Below, piece after piece: positions 60,501 to 64,000 of a DNA stretch of 64,000 bases (position 1 is the stretch's first letter; each line of letters starts with the position of its first letter). The notes beneath the pieces were generated by a model that saw nothing but the letters and a program-made list of their open reading frames with translations, was not told the origin of the DNA and did not search any database. Origin of the DNA: Oculina patagonica (taxonomy: Eukaryota); the NCBI RefSeq assembly GCF_052425735.1, contig NC_135770.1, forward strand, positions 11,222,001-11,286,000. Direction: 5' to 3'. The translations under genes were made by a program, and so were the position numbers.

Positions 60501-63377
60501 AAATTTTGAGGCAACAATTCTCCTACTTCGGAGACGATGTCCTTTGAGCGTTTTGCTTAGAAAAGCTGCTGTTCGTTCGACAAACGCAAGAGCGAGGTCA
60601 TTGCTCTTTATCTTTACTAGAATTTCCGACATTTTCAATTTCTCGGTCGCTTCCGCGCAAAATTTACAAATGAAGGATTCGATTATTCGAAACGTGATCT
60701 TTATCTTTCAATCTTGCGGTGAAGGCATGTCAATCAAATTGAATCATGAAATGTTCACGTGAATATTGGAACCTTACGTCGCCGAGCGTTCATGCGTGAA
60801 GCGCGTTGACTGTAAGCACCTGATGCACAGGATAAGACACATGCAGTCTTGTGATAATCCAAGTTTTGAACTAAGCTTGTATTTCAGTTGGGGAGTGTAT
60901 ACCTGCCAACTTTTTCTGGGTCAAAGACGTGAGATTTTTATTCTGAGATTGTTAGGATTTCTGGAGATGACATGACCATTCCCGAAGATTCCCGAAGATG
61001 TCCGAAGTATTCCGAAGACGTTACGAACATATCCCGAACACAGTCCCAGGACTTGTTTTGCTAAACAAGACCACATTCTCAATGCTTTTGTTGTCAAAAC
61101 TCTGAGATTCCGGGAAAGGTATCGTCATTTACTCAATTTACATAGAGTTATCGTTTCTCACATTGGTTTGAGTTCACATATTTTTGGAAAGTGTGCCATT
61201 TATGGTTGTAACTCACATTTTTCGACTAGGCGTGAGAAATTAGTTCGTAAGCGTGAGTTAGCGTGAGATCGAAGTTTTCAACTCGCAGGCATGAGACTCA
61301 CGCCTAAGGCGTGAGAGTTGGCAGGTATAGGCAGTGTAATCAGATTTCTGCACTCATTTGAATTAATTTCTTCATTATTAAGACAATATGCTTGACTGGT
61401 TTTGACCAGTTACATATAAATTAATATGGATCTTTTTGTTGGAAATATGTTTCTGTGTCCCAGTGATGTTATGAACCACTGGTCAATCCAGCAAGGTCCT
61501 TAATTTACTGAAAGTAACATTTACTGATTGAATCTTTCTTGAAAGTAATAGCTTTATTAACTTTTTTTTTCAATTTACAGATATTATAAGACAATTCAAT
61601 CCATCATTAAAGGGGGCTCAGACTTCAGAAAGCAAAGATAACTTTGATCATCATCTTAATGTTGCCTTCCTTGGTGCATCTGCAAGGTTTGTGATAAATA
61701 AAGTTAAAAAAAAATATGATAATTATACAATAAAATTCTCCCTGGCAACTGTCTTTTACATATTTTTATATAAATTCATATATGCTATCAGTAGGAGAAT
61801 TTGGTTTTATTTCTGGCACAAGTTCTAACGCAAACACAAATTACTAAATTTGACACTCAAGTAAAAATCGCTTTATATAGCTCGTAATACCATAGTTTGT
61901 TTTGTTCTTAAAGGGACCTTAAAGATCAAGCAAGAGACTTGGTTTTAAGACTGAAAGCTATGAAGGTACTTATTAATAAGTCATAATCAAATATCTTGTG
62001 TATGTATAGGAGTGTGACAGAATAAGTTAATTAAAATTTATTTACTCGTTCTCTGTGGTTCTTGCATCTTGATCAATCAGCACTCACCAGAACTGATGAC
62101 ACACTAGAACCAGAATGAAAGTTTACATTTTCAACCTGTGCTTTTACAGGATATTGACTATTACAATGACTGGAAGCTTCTCACCATTTGGATTGGAACA
62201 GAAGACCTCTGTCAAGTCTGCAATGATGAGGTAGGCAACCTACACAGCAGATTGTTTATCAAGATTTTAATATAATTGTAACAAGAACTTACACGTCTTC
62301 AAAGATGACTGTCGTAAAATATCATTTTTAATTTTCAGGACAAATTCAGTGCAAGCTCTTTCATAAAATATGTGATGCGCACACTTAAGTACCTTCAAGA
62401 GGTAAGATATTCTGTGTTGTGTGGTGTCATTACAGAATTAATGACTGTATGTTAGGCATGTATGTTTGGCTCTGCATGTGCATTTTTATATAAAGTATGT
62501 ACATATTTGTACATTCAGATGCTTCTGGTACATCTCGCTTTATAATTCTGATCCAGCCTCTTATACCTGCCAACTCTCACGCCTTGGGCGTGAGTCTCAC
62601 GTCTGCGAGTTGAAAACTTTGATCTCAGGTCAACTCTTGCTTACGAACCAATTTCTCACGCCTACTCGTTATTACAACCACAAACGACACACTTTCCAAA
62701 AAATGTAAACTCAAACCAATGTGAGAAACGAAAACTTCATGTAAAATGAGTAAATGGCGATACTTTTGCCGAAATCGCAGAGCTTTGACAAAAAAAAGCA
62801 TTGGGAATGAGGTTGTGTTTAGCAAAACAAATCCACGCACTGGGATCGGGATATGTTCGGAACGTCTTCGGAATACTTCGGACGTCTTCAGAAAACTTTG
62901 GATATTGTCGTATCGTCTTCGGAAATCCTGGCACTCAAAGGATAAAAATCTCACGCCTTTGACCCAGAAAAAGTTGGCAGGTATAGCCTCTGTAAGTTCC
63001 AATGCAAAATGACCAAATTCTGTATACATGTAATGATGTGAATTACCACGACAACACAAATTTTGACAGCAGTGATCTAGGGGATAGTTCTGATGCCGAT
63101 AGACAGGCTGACTGATCCTTGAAGAAAACACAAATCAACATTCCTTAGCATAATTGACATTGTGTTTACTTAAACTACCTATAAAGAGTCCATTTGTTGC
63201 TAAAGGTGCTGTATCTTTTGAAAGTATCTTTTCTTTTAAAATGTAACTGTTTTTTGATCATAATTATTGTCACTTACAGGTACCCAGGCTGTTTGTGAAT
63301 TTGGTTCCACCCATGGATGTTTCTCCTTTGTATGAGTTATATCAACAAGATACCAAGACGTGTCAAATTCTGGGATG
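41378..63377 (+). CDS. PLB1-like: Secreted Ig-like domain plus phospholipase B1-like (GDSL/SGNH) protein, 3' incomplete. Exons 41378-41447, 42916-43287, 43844-43971, 44966-45026, 45803-45861, 45986-46053, 59754-59797, 61581-61686, 61914-61965, 62150-62230, 62339-62401, 63280-63377
   Basis: Phase-consistent GT-AG splicing gives [25 protein letters not shown]...EYRDISWSIGG...[14 protein letters not shown]...LNVA...DQARDLV...[15 protein letters not shown]...VPRLFVNLV, the PLB1-repeat pattern. Exon 2 has Ig-like LIC...VKWYK...DTLGTYLC. Confidence 0.88.
43601..43803. mobile_element. hAT-like MITE with a 5-bp TSD
   Basis: TIR CAACCCTCCAAGTTA / TAACTTGGAGGGTTG, with CATAA duplicated. Confidence 0.78.
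44402..44806. mobile_element. Non-autonomous DNA element with CCC..GGG termini
   Basis: CCCAGGGGGGGACTCC ... GGAGTACCCCCCCCCCCCCGGG, with internal CCCAAAAAAATCC repeats. Confidence 0.6.
47712..53000 (+). CDS. Transposon-borne HECT E3 ubiquitin ligase (G2E3-like HECT) with UBZ-type Zn finger and CUE-like domain, ~730 aa. Exons 47712-48398, 48694-48876, 49330-49375, 49737-49853, 51674-52606, 52774-53000
   Basis: Spliced length 2193 nt with an open frame. CTTC-x11-H-x3-C; LKEMFP...LENVL...[10 protein letters not shown]; HECT motifs [39 protein letters not shown] (catalytic Cys) and terminal GYG. Confidence 0.88.
49405..49590 (-). mobile_element. Degenerate SINE-like insert in an intron of the HECT gene
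   Basis: The minus strand reads GGCCATGGGTTTGATCCC (B-box-like), with an internally repeated CTCAGAA-TTTT...GCCCCAT segment. Confidence 0.45.
53480..53787. mobile_element. PIF/Harbinger-type MITE inside the IS3EU-like element
   Basis: Long TIR AGGCGGCGAAATACGAGATACAAAAACCCTCAACTTGT with TTA duplicated. Confidence 0.85.
54048..54280. repeat. 110-bp tandem duplication between the convergent genes
   Basis: AACATGTGCATAACA...GTTAATCTCAGTCACT...GCAGAAACATGTTAT starts at 54048 and 54158. Confidence 0.85.
54777..56923 (-). CDS. DDE transposase (IS3/integrase-like core), ~494 aa. Exons 56923-56217, 55814-55268, 55007-54777
   Basis: GRP plus HTH ([16 protein letters not shown]), [43 protein letters not shown], and C-terminal YGIDWEGP. 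1485 nt with an open frame. Confidence 0.93.
58121..58221 (-). pseudogene. Pif1-family helicase motif V fragment forming the foldback spacer
   Basis: Translates as [30 protein letters not shown]; compare the Pif1 consensus LAxAxTIHKSQGxTL...F.PG. Confidence 0.75.
59841..60812. mobile_element. Tc1/mariner-type non-autonomous element
   Basis: Perfect 26-bp TIR CAGTCAACGCGCTTCACGCATGAACG, flanked by TA. Confidence 0.88.
60898..61329. mobile_element. MITE family with TATACCTGCCAAC TIRs, copy 1
   Basis: TATACCTGCCAACT...AGTTGGCAGGTATA; homologous to the copies at 62562 and 63609. Confidence 0.85.
62562..62985. mobile_element. Same MITE family, copy 2 (inverted relative to copy 1)
   Basis: Same TIRs, with GCCTCT on both sides. 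Confidence 0.85.
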
Positions 63378-63608
63378 GTAGGTTTAAATTAATTTTCATC
63401 CACATAATATCGAAAGTACATTTATGCACCTGAATGTGAATGTGAATGTATTTATTTTACCTTATAACAATGTTCCTTGTCAGTAGTCAGTGCTCTCTTA
63501 ACTTCTGTGTTAAGTGTCCAGCATGCAAAGAAAGTCCTGTCTGATAGCCCAGGGCTAGTGGTTTTTTCCTGTTGGGCAAGCTTTTTTCATCCATCACTTG
63601 CCCGATAG

Positions 63609-64000
63609 TATACCTGCCAACTCTCACGCCTTGGGCGTGAGTCTCACGCTTTCGAGTTGAAAACTTCGATCTCACGCCAACTCATGATCACGCTTACGAA
63701 CCAATTTCTCACGCCTAGTCGAAAAATGTGAGTTATTGCAACCAAAAACGACACATTTTCCAAAAAATGTAATCTCAAACCAGTGTGAGAAAATAAAACT
63801 CCATGTAAAATGAGTAAATGGCGATACCTCCCCCGAAATGACAGAGTTTTGACGAAAAAAAACATTGGGAACGAGGTCGTGTTTAGACCTGTTCAGCAAA
63901 ACACGTCCACGTACTGAGATCGGTCCGGAGATGTTCGGAACGTCTTCGGAATATTTTGGACGTCTTCGGAAAACTTCGTATATTGTCGTATCGTCTTTGG
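63609..64000. mobile_element. Same MITE family, copy 3 (cut by the window edge)
   Basis: TATACCTGCCAACTCTCACGCCTTGGGCGTGAG..., colinear with copy 2. Confidence 0.8.

Overview
Eukaryotic, AT-rich, intron-rich genomic DNA. It is most likely from an anthozoan cnidarian (stony coral); this is inferred from gene content and the SINE, MITE and minisatellite types. Most ORF-track entries are spurious, and the real genes had to be spliced together by hand. Left to right: one large exon of a TKL-type kinase (-); a ~2-kb 28-bp minisatellite; a 5-exon FGF8/17/18-like gene (-); ~10 kb of non-coding DNA with a cluster of RUNX-like motifs; an 8-exon Pinhead-like triple cystine-knot gene (+); a 2-exon TGF-beta sensu stricto ligand (+); a second 8-exon Pinhead-like paralog (-); and an Ig-domain plus phospholipase-B1-like gene (+, runs off the window) whose first GDSL motif lacks the catalytic Ser. 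Intron 6 of that last gene (13.7 kb) is a nested stack of up to five transposons. At its core is an apparently intact 10.2-kb IS3EU-like element. Its ~0.5-kb TIRs each supply the start codon for one of two convergent genes: a DDE transposase and a UBZ-CUE-HECT ubiquitin ligase. The main highlights are (1) a Pinhead/TGF-beta/Pinhead sandwich next to an FGF8-like gene, echoing the bilaterian Pinhead-Admp linkage but with a different ligand, and (2) the ubiquitin-ligase-carrying transposon inside a foldback element whose spacer holds a Pif1 helicase fragment. Family assignments come from recalled motifs, not from database searches.
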